A stretch of DNA of 63,022 nucleotides from positions 1 to 63,022 of IMG/VR virus record IMGVR_UViG_3300027857_000019; one strand, written 5' to 3'. The DNA is from a virus (lineage: Duplodnaviria; Caudoviricetes). Below the pieces are notes generated by a model, which saw nothing but the letters and a program-made list of their open reading frames with translations, was not told the DNA's origin and did not search any database. A program made the translations under genes and the position numbers. This document shows positions 8,852-18,236 of this stretch, in pieces (the stretch's first letter is position 1; each line of letters opens with the position of its first letter).

Positions 8852-9321
8852 CTCTCATGGATCTGAGTCGCCGCGCGCTTTTGAAGTCGCTTGCGGCGCT
8901 GGTCACAGCGCCGACAATTCCAGTGATGGCTGCGGCCAAGCCTAATCGTCATTGGATCAAACCGCACTTTTCCGGCTTTCAGCCCATGCCGGCAGCTTTG
9001 TCTGTGGCTGGGCAGATCATTGGACAGCGTTCGGACGGTATCCATTTTTGTTCCAGTGTAAGAATTGACCTAGTAGACCTTGAAATGGAACTCAGAGAGG
9101 AGCGAATACCGCTAGACATTCTGAGCATGAGAAATCTTACGCCGACCGAGGCTGGGCGCTTCTCTCCGTTGATCGCAACGCGCATGGAAGCCGCCGCCGA
9201 TCTATTCAACTCTTTCCTGAATTGCGATTGCACGCTCCGTACGCAATGCGCTCAGCACTACCGACCTATGCCGGAGTTGAGTCCTGAAGAATTGGCAGAA
9301 TTAGAGGAGGAACTCGCATGA
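8848..9321 (+). CDS. Hypothetical protein with a twin-arginine-like N-terminus
   Basis: MTLMDLSRRALLKSLAALVTAP. Confidence 0.55.
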   Translation: MTLMDLSRRALLKSLAALVTAPTIPVMAAAKPNRHWIKPHFSGFQPMPAALSVAGQIIGQRSDGIHFCSSVRIDLVDLEMELREERIPLDILSMRNLTPTEAGRFSPLIATRMEAAADLFNSFLNCDCTLRTQCAQHYRPMPELSPEELAELEEELA

Positions 9322-9797
9322 GCGGTGCGGCCAAATACGACGATGAAATCAAGTACGAGACGATAGTCCCCGCCGCGCTGACGAAAAAGTTAAAGGCAAG
9401 CACGCAGAACATCACGGGTCAACTGCTTCGCCTGCCCCTACGCTTCGAGGAGATGTACGTCTTCATGCAGGAGGCCGATCGTGCTGGCATGGAACTCGAA
9501 GAATACCTTGCGCGCCAACTCCGCGACTACGGACGCACCAAGACTGGCTCGTACATCGTCAATCCCGACGAACGCCGCGAGATCGAACAGATTTTAGGTA
9601 TAAACCTAGGCATCTCAACGACAAGCCTCTCGCGGCATATCAAACTTCTGGCCGTTTGCGGCTTGCAGGGCACGGCTGTACTGTTCCCGGTCGATGTCAT
9701 CAAGCGGCTTCGCTCACGCTGCATCGGTAAGCAGGATTTCAAGGTGTGGCTGGAGAAGACCGTCATCCAGCAGATGAAGAACTACGTGGGGATGTGA
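9318..9797 (+). CDS. Hypothetical protein, possible ribbon-helix-helix domains
   Basis: GAGGAG RBS; LRLPLRFEEMYVFMQEADRAGMELEEYL pattern. Confidence 0.55.
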   Translation: MSGAAKYDDEIKYETIVPAALTKKLKASTQNITGQLLRLPLRFEEMYVFMQEADRAGMELEEYLARQLRDYGRTKTGSYIVNPDERREIEQILGINLGISTTSLSRHIKLLAVCGLQGTAVLFPVDVIKRLRSRCIGKQDFKVWLEKTVIQQMKNYVGM

Positions 9798-10105
9798 TGC
9801 GCTGCGGCAATTGCGAGCACGAGATGGTCATCGGGGATTGGCCCTTCTGCCCACACGGGCAAGCCTTCACGCACGACGCCCAAATCTCCGACCGCGAGGC
9901 CATCGTCCTGTACGAACATCCGACTAAGGGCGTGCGCTGGCCAGGGCGCAACGACGCGCCGATTCCCGCGCATTTTGCATGCGAGGGCTTCGTGCGCAAG
10001 GAGTATAAGGGAGGGATTGCCGATGTGCGAAGAATCGAAAAGCAGCACGGGGTCACCAGCGAAATCGGGAATTACGACCGAAGCGGACACGCCGACAGAG
10101 AATAA
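9797..10105 (+). CDS. Zn-ribbon protein upstream of the portal
   Basis: MRCGNC...WPFCPHG. Confidence 0.6.
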   Translation: MRCGNCEHEMVIGDWPFCPHGQAFTHDAQISDREAIVLYEHPTKGVRWPGRNDAPIPAHFACEGFVRKEYKGGIADVRRIEKQHGVTSEIGNYDRSGHADRE

Positions 10106-10132
10106 ACGTGTTAGGCTGTAAACTAAGTTTAC

Positions 10133-12058
10133 ATGCCAGCGCCATCACGAACCGCCTTACCCTTCCGCGAAAGAGAAGCCGAAAATTACGAAAAAGATCT
10201 ACTGGGCTTTTGCAATGAGGCGATTCAACAGGGCGATGCCTACCTTCGAGCGCAGACGGGGTACGACAAGATTCAGAAATCCATCGACGCGATCATGTCG
10301 GTTGAGGATTCCCCTCGCGCCTCGTCACTCTCCGACACGAAAGCGAACCACACGGGCAAGACGGCGCTTGACCTCGCATCCCTCCTGACTGACACCAAGC
10401 CATTCTGGGAATATCGCACGCCGCCAGGTTCCAGCTTCGGCAAAATTGCCGAGAACCTAGGCAAGTGCTCGCAGTACTGGTATCTCCAGAAGCGCATCGA
10501 CATGCGGCAAGGCGATGTCATCAAGTACGCTCTAGCCGGAGGTACGGGCTATCCGCACATCACTTGGAACCCGAAGACTCTCGACGCAGACATGACCGCC
10601 GAGGACCCGCGCGACGTGCTGCCGATCTCGCCCGTCGAGCACGACACCCTGCAATCGGGACTCGGCGTCATCATCCGGCGTGCCCGAGTTCCCTGGTTCG
10701 TCCGTAGTCAATACGGCATCGACGTGCCTCCCGACAAGGACGGCTCATCGACTGGCGGGGCCGCAGTCGCATCCTCACGAGCGATGCGATTGCTGGAGAA
10801 GTTGGGAGGGTCACCGTTCTGGGATGTGCTAACTAAATCGAAGCCCGCACGCCAAATGCCACGACTGCCGACCGTGGATGTATTCACGATGTACATCCAC
10901 GATGATCGCGTGAACGAAGAGCGGTATCCGGTTCAGATTGGCGAATTCGACCGTGAAGGGAAGCCGCTGAACAATTGGTCGTACATCGTGGAATCCGGCG
11001 AGGAACTCTACCCGCGCGGGCGCATGGTGGAATTCTGCCGCACGCACAAGAAGCCTCTATACGACGGGCCGAATCGCTATTGGCACGGCATGTTCCCACT
11101 GCCGAAGCTAACGCTCGATCCATGGCCCTGGACGTTTCTAGGCAAGGGCGGCTTGTGGGACACGCTACCATTGCAAGGGACGCTTAACCGACTCCTGCGC
11201 GTTATTGACGATCAAGTCGAGAAGATTGGGCGCCCTGATATCGTTGCCGACAAGAATTCCATCTCAGAAGGGGCACTGAATAAGATTGACACTCGGCGCG
11301 CCGGACTTAAGATTCGCTTCAATCCGATGTCCGGTAAGGGCGTCGAGATCGTCAAGAGCAATCCTATCGACGCCTCGATCATGAACTTAGTGCAGTTCAT
11401 CATCAGCCAAATCAAGGAACTGTCCGGCGCGGCCGACCTCGGGCAGTTGATGAAGCTCAACCAACTGCCGAGCGATGACACGATCAGTCGCATTGTGGAG
11501 GCGATGAGTCCAGCCGTGAGAGCTCGGTCGCGGGCACTCGAAGCCTATGTACGCGAGTTCGCGACGATCATGGCGTACAATTTCCTCCAATTCTACACAG
11601 AGCCAATGTGGATGGAGATTTGCGGCCCGAACGCGGTTACGCCCGATTGGTTCGACTTCGATCCTGGAACGTTCCTGCCCGATTACATCCATCGCAGCGA
11701 CATGGATAGGCGCGGCATTCCCACGCGAGCGGCTTTGGACCGTGGCCCCTTGCCGCGGCAAGACCGGGCGAAGGAACTCATGCGGAGCGTGGCCTTCCAC
11801 GTCGCGCCTGGTTCTTTGCTGGCGGCGTCGGCAATGGAACACAAACTCTTGCTCCTGCAATTGTCGCGAGCTGGGTTAATCGATCACTGGACCTTGCTCG
11901 AAGCGCTGGAGATTCCAAACGTGGGAGATGCACCGGCTGGCACAATTACTGATAGACTAATGGCTGAGCAAAAGATGGGGCTCGGGATGCAAGTGAGCGC
12001 GGCAGGCCGAAAGGCGAGCGGACAGAAAATGCCAAGGCAGGTGACAAAAGAATCATGA
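10133..12058 (+). CDS. Portal protein (podovirus/P22-like)
   Basis: 641 aa; position before scaffold and capsid; helical PLQGTLNRLLRVIDDQVEK segment typical of portals. Confidence 0.8.
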   Translation: MPAPSRTALPFREREAENYEKDLLGFCNEAIQQGDAYLRAQTGYDKIQKSIDAIMSVEDSPRASSLSDTKANHTGKTALDLASLLTDTKPFWEYRTPPGSSFGKIAENLGKCSQYWYLQKRIDMRQGDVIKYALAGGTGYPHITWNPKTLDADMTAEDPRDVLPISPVEHDTLQSGLGVIIRRARVPWFVRSQYGIDVPPDKDGSSTGGAAVASSRAMRLLEKLGGSPFWDVLTKSKPARQMPRLPTVDVFTMYIHDDRVNEERYPVQIGEFDREGKPLNNWSYIVESGEELYPRGRMVEFCRTHKKPLYDGPNRYWHGMFPLPKLTLDPWPWTFLGKGGLWDTLPLQGTLNRLLRVIDDQVEKIGRPDIVADKNSISEGALNKIDTRRAGLKIRFNPMSGKGVEIVKSNPIDASIMNLVQFIISQIKELSGAADLGQLMKLNQLPSDDTISRIVEAMSPAVRARSRALEAYVREFATIMAYNFLQFYTEPMWMEICGPNAVTPDWFDFDPGTFLPDYIHRSDMDRRGIPTRAALDRGPLPRQDRAKELMRSVAFHVAPGSLLAASAMEHKLLLLQLSRAGLIDHWTLLEALEIPNVGDAPAGTITDRLMAEQKMGLGMQVSAAGRKASGQKMPRQVTKES

Positions 12059-12654
12059 TGAAGCGTGGAGAGATTCGTACATGCGCTTGCGGTTGTGGAG
12101 AACCAGCCGCAGTTTATCGTAACGCCAAGGGAGAAAACAAGGGCTGGCGAGGATATGCACGCGGCCATTCTCCATGCGAAGGACTTGAGGTAAAAGTGCC
12201 CTCCCAATCGGTAGATCTAGCCTACATGGCGGGAATTATTGATGGTGAAGGTTGCATTTATGCCAGAGTCGTACTGTATCCCAAAAGAGGCATGAGCACG
12301 TTCCTCCAACTATCAGTCACTATGTGCTCTCCCTCGGTCATCGAATGGATACATGAGAATTTTGGCGGAGAAATTTATCTTTCCTCGCCTCCTTCTGGCG
12401 CTCGCCGCGAGCGATTTCATTGGCAAGTCCGAGGCGCAAACATAAGCATTGTTCTCTCGGCAATCCTCCCCTACCTAAGAGAAAAGAGCGTCAGGGCCAT
12501 TCTCGCGATGGAATTAGCTGGACTAATCAAGCGAGGAGGAAAGAATATTGGGCAAGAAGAGGTAAGTCGTAGGCAGGATCTAGCGGGTAAAATCAAGGCT
12601 TTTAATCAGGCCTTGTTGAGCGAAGATCCGGCCAGGAATGTACCGATTAATTGA
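12055..12654 (+). CDS. Free-standing LAGLIDADG homing endonuclease with an N-terminal CxCGCG motif
   Basis: LAYMAGIIDGEGCI motif; PYLREK; ATGA overlap with the portal stop. Confidence 0.9.
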   Translation: MMKRGEIRTCACGCGEPAAVYRNAKGENKGWRGYARGHSPCEGLEVKVPSQSVDLAYMAGIIDGEGCIYARVVLYPKRGMSTFLQLSVTMCSPSVIEWIHENFGGEIYLSSPPSGARRERFHWQVRGANISIVLSAILPYLREKSVRAILAMELAGLIKRGGKNIGQEEVSRRQDLAGKIKAFNQALLSEDPARNVPIN

Positions 12655-12689
12655 ATCGTAGTTCGCAGTGGCAGTGAAAGGAGCGAATA

Positions 12690-12977
12690 GTGGTACATGA
12701 TCTTGCAAAGATTACGGGGGCCGATACAAACCCTCACGCCCTCTTGTCGGTTAGAACTTCCGCCTGTTGGGTTCAACTCATAGCTGATCCGGGCAATACG
12801 AGCCCTGTGAATGTTGGCGGTCCCACCTTGGCGACAGGACGTGGACTCCCTATCGCTAAAGGAGCCGGTCAATTGTTCCCGCCCGTTGCGGACATTAACA
12901 GTTACGATCTGCAAAAAATCTTTTACCAGTTCGGCACGATTAACGATGTGCTCTGGGTAACGTACCATACGAGGTGA
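12690..12977 (+). CDS. Small beta-rich virion-associated protein
   Basis: IADPGNTSPVNVGG motif; GGAG RBS. Confidence 0.55.
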   Translation: MVHDLAKITGADTNPHALLSVRTSACWVQLIADPGNTSPVNVGGPTLATGRGLPIAKGAGQLFPPVADINSYDLQKIFYQFGTINDVLWVTYHTR

Positions 12978-12981
12978 GCAA

Positions 12982-13170
12982 ATGGCTGGAACAATATTCG
13001 GCAAGCCGCGCGATGAGGTTGTAAAGCGCCCCGGCGCGTTCTCGGCGAAGGCAAAGAAGGCTGGGATGTCCACGGCTGGCTTCGCCAAGAAAGAGGAACA
13101 CGCGAAGGGCAGACTCGGCAAGCAGGCGCGGCTGGCGGAAACATTCGCGCACATGCGAGCCAAAAAGTAG
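12982..13170 (+). CDS. Small basic phage protein (KRPGAF...GKQARLAETF type)
   Basis: 62 aa, Lys/Arg-rich; GAGGT RBS. Confidence 0.7.
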   Translation: MAGTIFGKPRDEVVKRPGAFSAKAKKAGMSTAGFAKKEEHAKGRLGKQARLAETFAHMRAKK

Positions 13171-13199
13171 TACAATTCAACGCAAGGAGACAGAACGCA

Positions 13200-13355
13200 A
13201 TGGCAAAGCACGAGAAGATGGGCGGCCACAATTACGAGGGCAAGAGCGGCCATATGGCCCGCAAGGAGCATGAGCCCAAGAAGCTCGCCCACGGCGGCGG
13301 CAAGAAGGGTAGTGGCTTCATGGTCACGCCGATGCACAAGAATCTGGCGAAGTAA
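13200..13355 (+). CDS. Small Lys/His/Gly-rich basic protein (51 aa)
   Basis: Manual translation MAKHEKMGGHNYEGKSGHMARKEHEPKKLAHGGGKKG...; AAGGAG RBS. Confidence 0.65.
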   Translation: MAKHEKMGGHNYEGKSGHMARKEHEPKKLAHGGGKKGSGFMVTPMHKNLAK

Positions 13356-13361
13356 GTCTCC

Positions 13362-13817
13362 GTGCCTGATATCCTCTCAGTCTCGGGACCCGGCTCGCGC
13401 GACAAGTCGGAGGATAACCGGCTCTCTGGTCCACCGCCCCTCCCGCCCGACGCTACGCGCCCCGCGCACAAGCACATGAAGGCGCTGATGGACCGCAGCG
13501 ACCGGGACCAGAACGACCCCGGTATGGGGCGCGACTCGGCCAATCCATTCGTCCGTAAGATGATGAGCATGAAGAATATCGAAATGGGCATTCGGGATGC
13601 CGTGGCCGCCGATCCCAATCTTTCCGCGCCGATGGCTCAAATTTTGCAAGCCGCTCAGGCCGCCATCCTCGGCAGCTTGCAATCTGGGCCTGGACTCGCG
13701 CCAACTTCAGCTATCCTGCCTCCACCGGGCATGCCTTCCCCTGCCGGGGCTGCACCGGGAGGACCGTCGCCCATGCCGGGGCCAGCGGTCCTCCCGATGC
13801 CTCCACCCGGACAATGA
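13362..13817 (+). CDS. Pro-rich hypothetical head-module protein
   Basis: 151 aa between portal and scaffold. Confidence 0.6.
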   Translation: MPDILSVSGPGSRDKSEDNRLSGPPPLPPDATRPAHKHMKALMDRSDRDQNDPGMGRDSANPFVRKMMSMKNIEMGIRDAVAADPNLSAPMAQILQAAQAAILGSLQSGPGLAPTSAILPPPGMPSPAGAAPGGPSPMPGPAVLPMPPPGQ

Positions 13818-13818
13818 T

Positions 13819-13857
13819 TTGACATCCCGTCAAACATAGGTGTAAACTCCCTGTACA
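13819..13857 (+). promoter_or_regulatory. Promoter TTGACA-18-TAAACT overlapped by the TGTAAAC-N3-(G)TTTACA-type palindrome
   Basis: Read directly, upstream of the scaffold/capsid operon. Confidence 0.65.
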
Positions 13858-13959
13858 GTAGCCAATTAGCCTAGGCGTCTAGCGCTCAGCGAGAATCAGG
13901 CCCGCAAGGCTGGCGATTTCTCCGGGTAGGATGCTGGCAGACGAAAAGGATTACGACGA

Positions 13960-14760
13960 ATGACAGCGGCAGAAGCGAAAAAAGAATTTGCGAAGCTGGC
14001 GAAGGAACACGGTCTCTCTGATGAACAGCAGACCGCAGTGCTTCAGGCTTTTGAGAATGAGAAATTCGCTGGCGCGGTAGCAACTGGCTATGCGCGTCAC
14101 TCCGAGTACAGCTCGGCGCTCGACAAGAAACGGGAGTTCGAAGAGAAATTGGCGACCTACGAGAAGTGGTACAAAGAACAGGCAACACCCGCAATCCAAT
14201 TCGCCAATTCCAAACTTACCGCCTTGGAAGAGTACGAGAAGCGGTTCGGCAAGTTAGACGACGAATCGACGCCTGGAGAAAAGAAGGCCGCGGCCGGCGC
14301 CGCAGGACTTACGCGCGAGGAGATTGAAAAGCTCCTGGAGCAACGGAACAATGCACTGTCGGGAGCGTTCGTGGATTACGAGCGCACGATGGGCGACATT
14401 CGGGATGAGTATCGCGACACGTTTGGAAAGCGCTTGCCAGTCGGGGAACTCGAAAAGTTCATGCGCGAACAGAAGATTACCGATCTTCAGGTCGCCTATG
14501 AACGCTGGACGAAACCTCAACTGGAGGAAGTCCGAACGAAACAGCGCGAAGAAGAGCGCAAGAAAGACAGGGAAGAGTGGGAGCGTGATTTTCGGTCCCG
14601 CAACAAGATGCCCTCGGAGCAACGTCCTGAGCCGACGACCGTCCTCGAAGACCTGACCAAAATCAGGCACCAAAAGGACTATAACGAGAACGCTCAGAAC
14701 GAAGAGGCCAAGGAAGCTTTCCTGAGTTCGATGCGCGAAACCTGGCAGAAGTCAGCGTAA
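13960..14760 (+). CDS. Capsid scaffolding protein
   Basis: Highly charged and helical, 266 aa, immediately upstream of the major capsid gene. Confidence 0.7.
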   Translation: MTAAEAKKEFAKLAKEHGLSDEQQTAVLQAFENEKFAGAVATGYARHSEYSSALDKKREFEEKLATYEKWYKEQATPAIQFANSKLTALEEYEKRFGKLDDESTPGEKKAAAGAAGLTREEIEKLLEQRNNALSGAFVDYERTMGDIRDEYRDTFGKRLPVGELEKFMREQKITDLQVAYERWTKPQLEEVRTKQREEERKKDREEWERDFRSRNKMPSEQRPEPTTVLEDLTKIRHQKDYNENAQNEEAKEAFLSSMRETWQKSA

Positions 14761-14810
14761 CACCCGGACCATCCTCGCTCATCCGGCACTTCAATTCATG
14801 AGGTGGCCGA

Positions 14811-16187
14811 ATGGCCGAATTAGACCAGATAAACGTAAGCACCAAACGCTTCATTCGCAAGAAGCCAAAACTGATCGACAACGTTAGCGATTGAGAGGCG
14901 TTGTATAAACCCGAGGTAATTTCATGGGACACCCACCGAAACCGGGCAACCAGAGGCAAGCGATGGAGCCGCCAGAAGGAATGCCAGTCTGCTCTAAGAG
15001 AATGGCATATTGGCTCAGGCAACATTTTGCAGCCGCAACGACTAAACCCTTGGGGCCGGAAACGGCATGTGATAGTCTGAACTGCACCGATGGGAAAGGT
15101 GCAGAGGTGACGGAAACGATCACCCGCCCGAATTGATCCGGGTTCACAAGTAACAGCAAGCTTTCAGAACGACCCGACAGCCGCTTACGCTAAAGAAAAC
15201 CTTCGAGAGGATTTCGACGGCGGGCGACTCATAGGGGAGAATTTCATCTATAACGGGCTCGTGGGCGGCTCTTACCTGCCGGGTAAGCAGTTCGACACCA
15301 CGCAGATCCAAATCGAGCAGCAAGGCCAATTCACCATAAGGTATTTCGAGGTGGGCGTTACGCTCTCCAAGGAAGACATTCAGGTGATAAACAAGGGCGA
15401 AAACGCCGCCTTCAGGCTGATCGATTCGCGCATGGAGGCCGCCTATATGACGTTGGGCGCCCACCTTGCGATTTCGCTCTACATGAGCGGAACGGGCACA
15501 ACCGCCGCTCAGCCGAATGGACTGGCTGAGGCGCTCAATGACAACACTACCGCCTCGTGGGATGGCAACCTGTATTCCACATACGGCACACTTACCCGCG
15601 GCGGCTCCATCGGTGCGGCCTACAATTCCCCGCCGACCAACGTCAACGGGACTATCGAGTACAACACGCTCGAAGAGGTCTATGGCGACTGTACTTTCGG
15701 CGCTGGCGAATTCGAACCAAACATCGGCGTTACCACTGTGAAGGGCTACTCCTACATTAAGGAGAAGTTCCAGACACAGCAACGCTTCAACGACACCCAG
15801 GACCCGAAGATCGGGTTCAACGGCCTGAAATTTAACAATTCGGTCATCATGAAATCGCGCTACGCCCCCGGTTCCTATCTGACCGGGCCATCTGGCGCGG
15901 GAACCAATGACCCGATCGCGCTCACCTATCTGCGCCAATCGCAGGGCAACCCGGCCGCCGTCTACCCAGTCGGCTCGCTTGGCAACACTGGCGAGACGCT
16001 GTTCTTCCTGAACGCGCGCAAACCGTTCATGAACTTCTACATGACCAACGATGAGGAGTACGGCATGGGCTTCACAGGGTTCAAGCCATCGGCCGGCAAC
16101 ACTCTCATCGTCGGGCAAGTCCTACTGGCCTGTAACGTGACCTTCTCGCCGCGTTATCATAGGCAGTTGTACGGAATCACGGGATAA
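14811..16187 (+). CDS. Major capsid protein, spliced (exon 1 14811-14884, exon 2 15161-16187; 366 aa)
   Basis: GAGGT RBS + ATG; joining gives MAELDQINVSTKRFIRKKPKLIDNV-FQNDPTAAYAKENL...GGSYLPGKQFD in frame; position after the scaffold; capsid-like motifs (NGLAEAL, IGFNGLKFN). Confidence 0.85.
14885..15160 (+). ncRNA. Group I self-splicing intron (276 nt, no ORF)
   Basis: Exon ends in U, intron ends in G; IGS TGAGAGGCGTTG (14892-14903) pairs with 5' exon CAACGT (U.G at the splice site) and 3' exon CTTTCA; P3 CCGAGG/CCTTGG; P7 GACTA (15040)/TAGTC (15073); P8 GCC-GGAAAC-GGC; P9 CTGCAC/GTGCAG. Confidence 0.92.
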
Positions 16188-16199
16188 GGAGACAATCAC

Positions 16200-16730
16200 A
16201 TGCCATACCGACAAGAAGTGCCTCATCTCGGAGTGACCGGCAACCCGGACACCTTCAACGTTGCTACCCTTCCGTATCCAGGACAGGCCGGCAACACTTT
16301 CCAGTGGAACGGAAACACTTACACCATTGTACAGCTCGATCCTGGAGCGACGCCGCCGATAATCGGCCAAGTCATGTTCTGGATGACAAAGACGGGCTTA
16401 ACGCCGCAAGTGACCAACGTAGTGGCGAACGCAGTCAACGGCGCGACTACGAACGCCTGGCGCAATGAAGTGGCGGGAATCATTCGCAATATCGCCACGG
16501 CCGGAAATTGGATTTGCATGCTGATTCAGGGCAGCAATATCCCGGTTTTGATTACCGGGGTGAGCCCAGGCATCGGAGATATGGCCGTCGCGAATGTCGC
16601 AGCCAGTGTCGGAGTTGCGCTAAATATCGCAGCGGGAACGGCGCCGACGTACCAGACAATCGGCGTCTTTCGATCCACGTTCACCGGCAACCTGGCGAAC
16701 TGCGACGTTAACATCGAGAATCTGCTGTAA
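16200..16730 (+). CDS. Capsid decoration/cement-like protein
   Basis: Immediately after the capsid gene; AAGGAG RBS; Gly/Ala/Val beta-rich. Confidence 0.6.
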   Translation: MPYRQEVPHLGVTGNPDTFNVATLPYPGQAGNTFQWNGNTYTIVQLDPGATPPIIGQVMFWMTKTGLTPQVTNVVANAVNGATTNAWRNEVAGIIRNIATAGNWICMLIQGSNIPVLITGVSPGIGDMAVANVAASVGVALNIAAGTAPTYQTIGVFRSTFTGNLANCDVNIENLL

Positions 16731-16741
16731 AAGGAGGATGA

Positions 16742-16990
16742 ATGGCAGCAGTCACAGTCAACACCAAACCGTCCGAAAACGTTATCGGGAACCAGCGTCA
16801 AATGCTATACCCGAGCGTCACATTCACAACAGGGCAAACCTTGGACGTACCGCTTCGTAAGGTGCTCTCGTTCAATGCCGATCCAAACTCCGCGCTTACC
16901 GCAGTCGCCTACGCGGCAATAACGGGAGGCACGCGGATTACACTAACGGGCAGTGGAACAGCTTCAAAGTTAGAAGTCGTCGGCCACTGA
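16742..16990 (+). CDS. Small virion protein
   Basis: AGGAGG RBS; 82 aa. Confidence 0.6.
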   Translation: MAAVTVNTKPSENVIGNQRQMLYPSVTFTTGQTLDVPLRKVLSFNADPNSALTAVAYAAITGGTRITLTGSGTASKLEVVGH

Positions 16991-16993
16991 CCC

Positions 16994-18220
16994 ATGGTCG
17001 ATCAATTTGCTGATATCTGGGGGGCGGTGCATCTTCGCTGCCCCTCAGCGGGGCCAGTGCTTTCGCAGAATCTCGTCCGTAACGCCTTTCGGCGCATTGC
17101 GGAAAGTCGGCGATGGAGTTGGCTCATCAAGCCCGGAGAATTCATCGTCCCAAATTTGTATAACACCGGCGTTGTGGCCCTTAATATCGGATCGTCACTC
17201 GTGACCGGCAGCGGCACCGCATGGACGCAAGCGATGGTCGGCCAGCAGTTCCGGTGTGGAACCACGGGGCCGATTTACGATATTCAGCAAGTGCTTTCCG
17301 GGACCCAATTGCTGCTGAACCAGCCTTGGGCGTTCACGCAATCATTTACCGCAACTCCCTATCAGATTTACCAGTGCTACTTCACACCTCCGAGCGATTT
17401 TCATGCGTTCACGACGCTATGGGACCCGAACTATAATTGGCAGCTCAACCTCAATATCGACCAGCGCCAGATCAATGCCTACGACGCGCAACGCGCCAAT
17501 TTTCAGCAAGCCTATGTCGTGAGCTTTCGCGATTATGCGCTCGGCTACCAGGGCAATGTTTCGCAGCCCTTGCAAATCATCGGGACTGGCAATGCTCCGG
17601 CGTTGATGGGCAATACCTCCTACACGGCCCCGGCGAACGGCCTCTATGCGATCAAAGTAACAACTGGCGGCGCGGCAGGAACCGCGACGTTTACGTGGTC
17701 CTTCAACGGTGGCGCGATGTCGGGGAATGTGACCACCGATGGAGTGATCGGCAATCCGCTCAGCAACGGCGTTGGAATTTACTGGCCGGTAGGTTTCACG
17801 TTCAACATTAACGATATCTTCATCGTGCAGGCGACGCCGCAGGCAACTACGGGCTTGCCGCGGTACGAACTTTGGCCGCATAATCAGAGCCCTTACGTCT
17901 ATCCCTTCCTATACGAATCCAGACCGCCTGATTTGGATGATCCCGGTGCCACGCTACCGCTGTACATTCGCGGAGACGTGCTAATGGAAGCGGCACTCGG
18001 CGATCTCGCGCGTTGGCCTGGCACGGCGGAACAGCCTAATCCTTACTTCAACTTGCCACTAGCACAGGTGCAGCAAGGCCGCGTGGACAAAATGATTATG
18101 GAATTAGAGCGCCAGGATGATGAGGTTTACGTCCAGTCAGTGAGTTACGATATTTCCCAACTTCCCTTCGCGCCACTTCCTTGGGGCGATTCAAACTGGT
18201 TGCAGAGTCACGCCGTTTAA
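16994..18220 (+). CDS. Head-tail adaptor/tubular-protein-A-like protein with inserted beta domains
   Basis: N-terminal LVRNAFRRIAESRRWSWL, PSDF and ELWP motifs typical of adaptors. Confidence 0.6.
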   Translation: MVDQFADIWGAVHLRCPSAGPVLSQNLVRNAFRRIAESRRWSWLIKPGEFIVPNLYNTGVVALNIGSSLVTGSGTAWTQAMVGQQFRCGTTGPIYDIQQVLSGTQLLLNQPWAFTQSFTATPYQIYQCYFTPPSDFHAFTTLWDPNYNWQLNLNIDQRQINAYDAQRANFQQAYVVSFRDYALGYQGNVSQPLQIIGTGNAPALMGNTSYTAPANGLYAIKVTTGGAAGTATFTWSFNGGAMSGNVTTDGVIGNPLSNGVGIYWPVGFTFNINDIFIVQATPQATTGLPRYELWPHNQSPYVYPFLYESRPPDLDDPGATLPLYIRGDVLMEAALGDLARWPGTAEQPNPYFNLPLAQVQQGRVDKMIMELERQDDEVYVQSVSYDISQLPFAPLPWGDSNWLQSHAV

Positions 18221-18236
18221 AGTACGATAAGCATTC

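Noticed and set aside
14924-15136. 70-aa ORF inside the intron as a homing endonuclease
   Set aside because: No HNH, GIY-YIG or LAGLIDADG motif, and it runs over the ribozyme core
15261-16187. Capsid protein starting at GTG 15261
   Set aside because: No RBS; the frame is open upstream to the intron 3' end and joins a well-initiated exon at 14811
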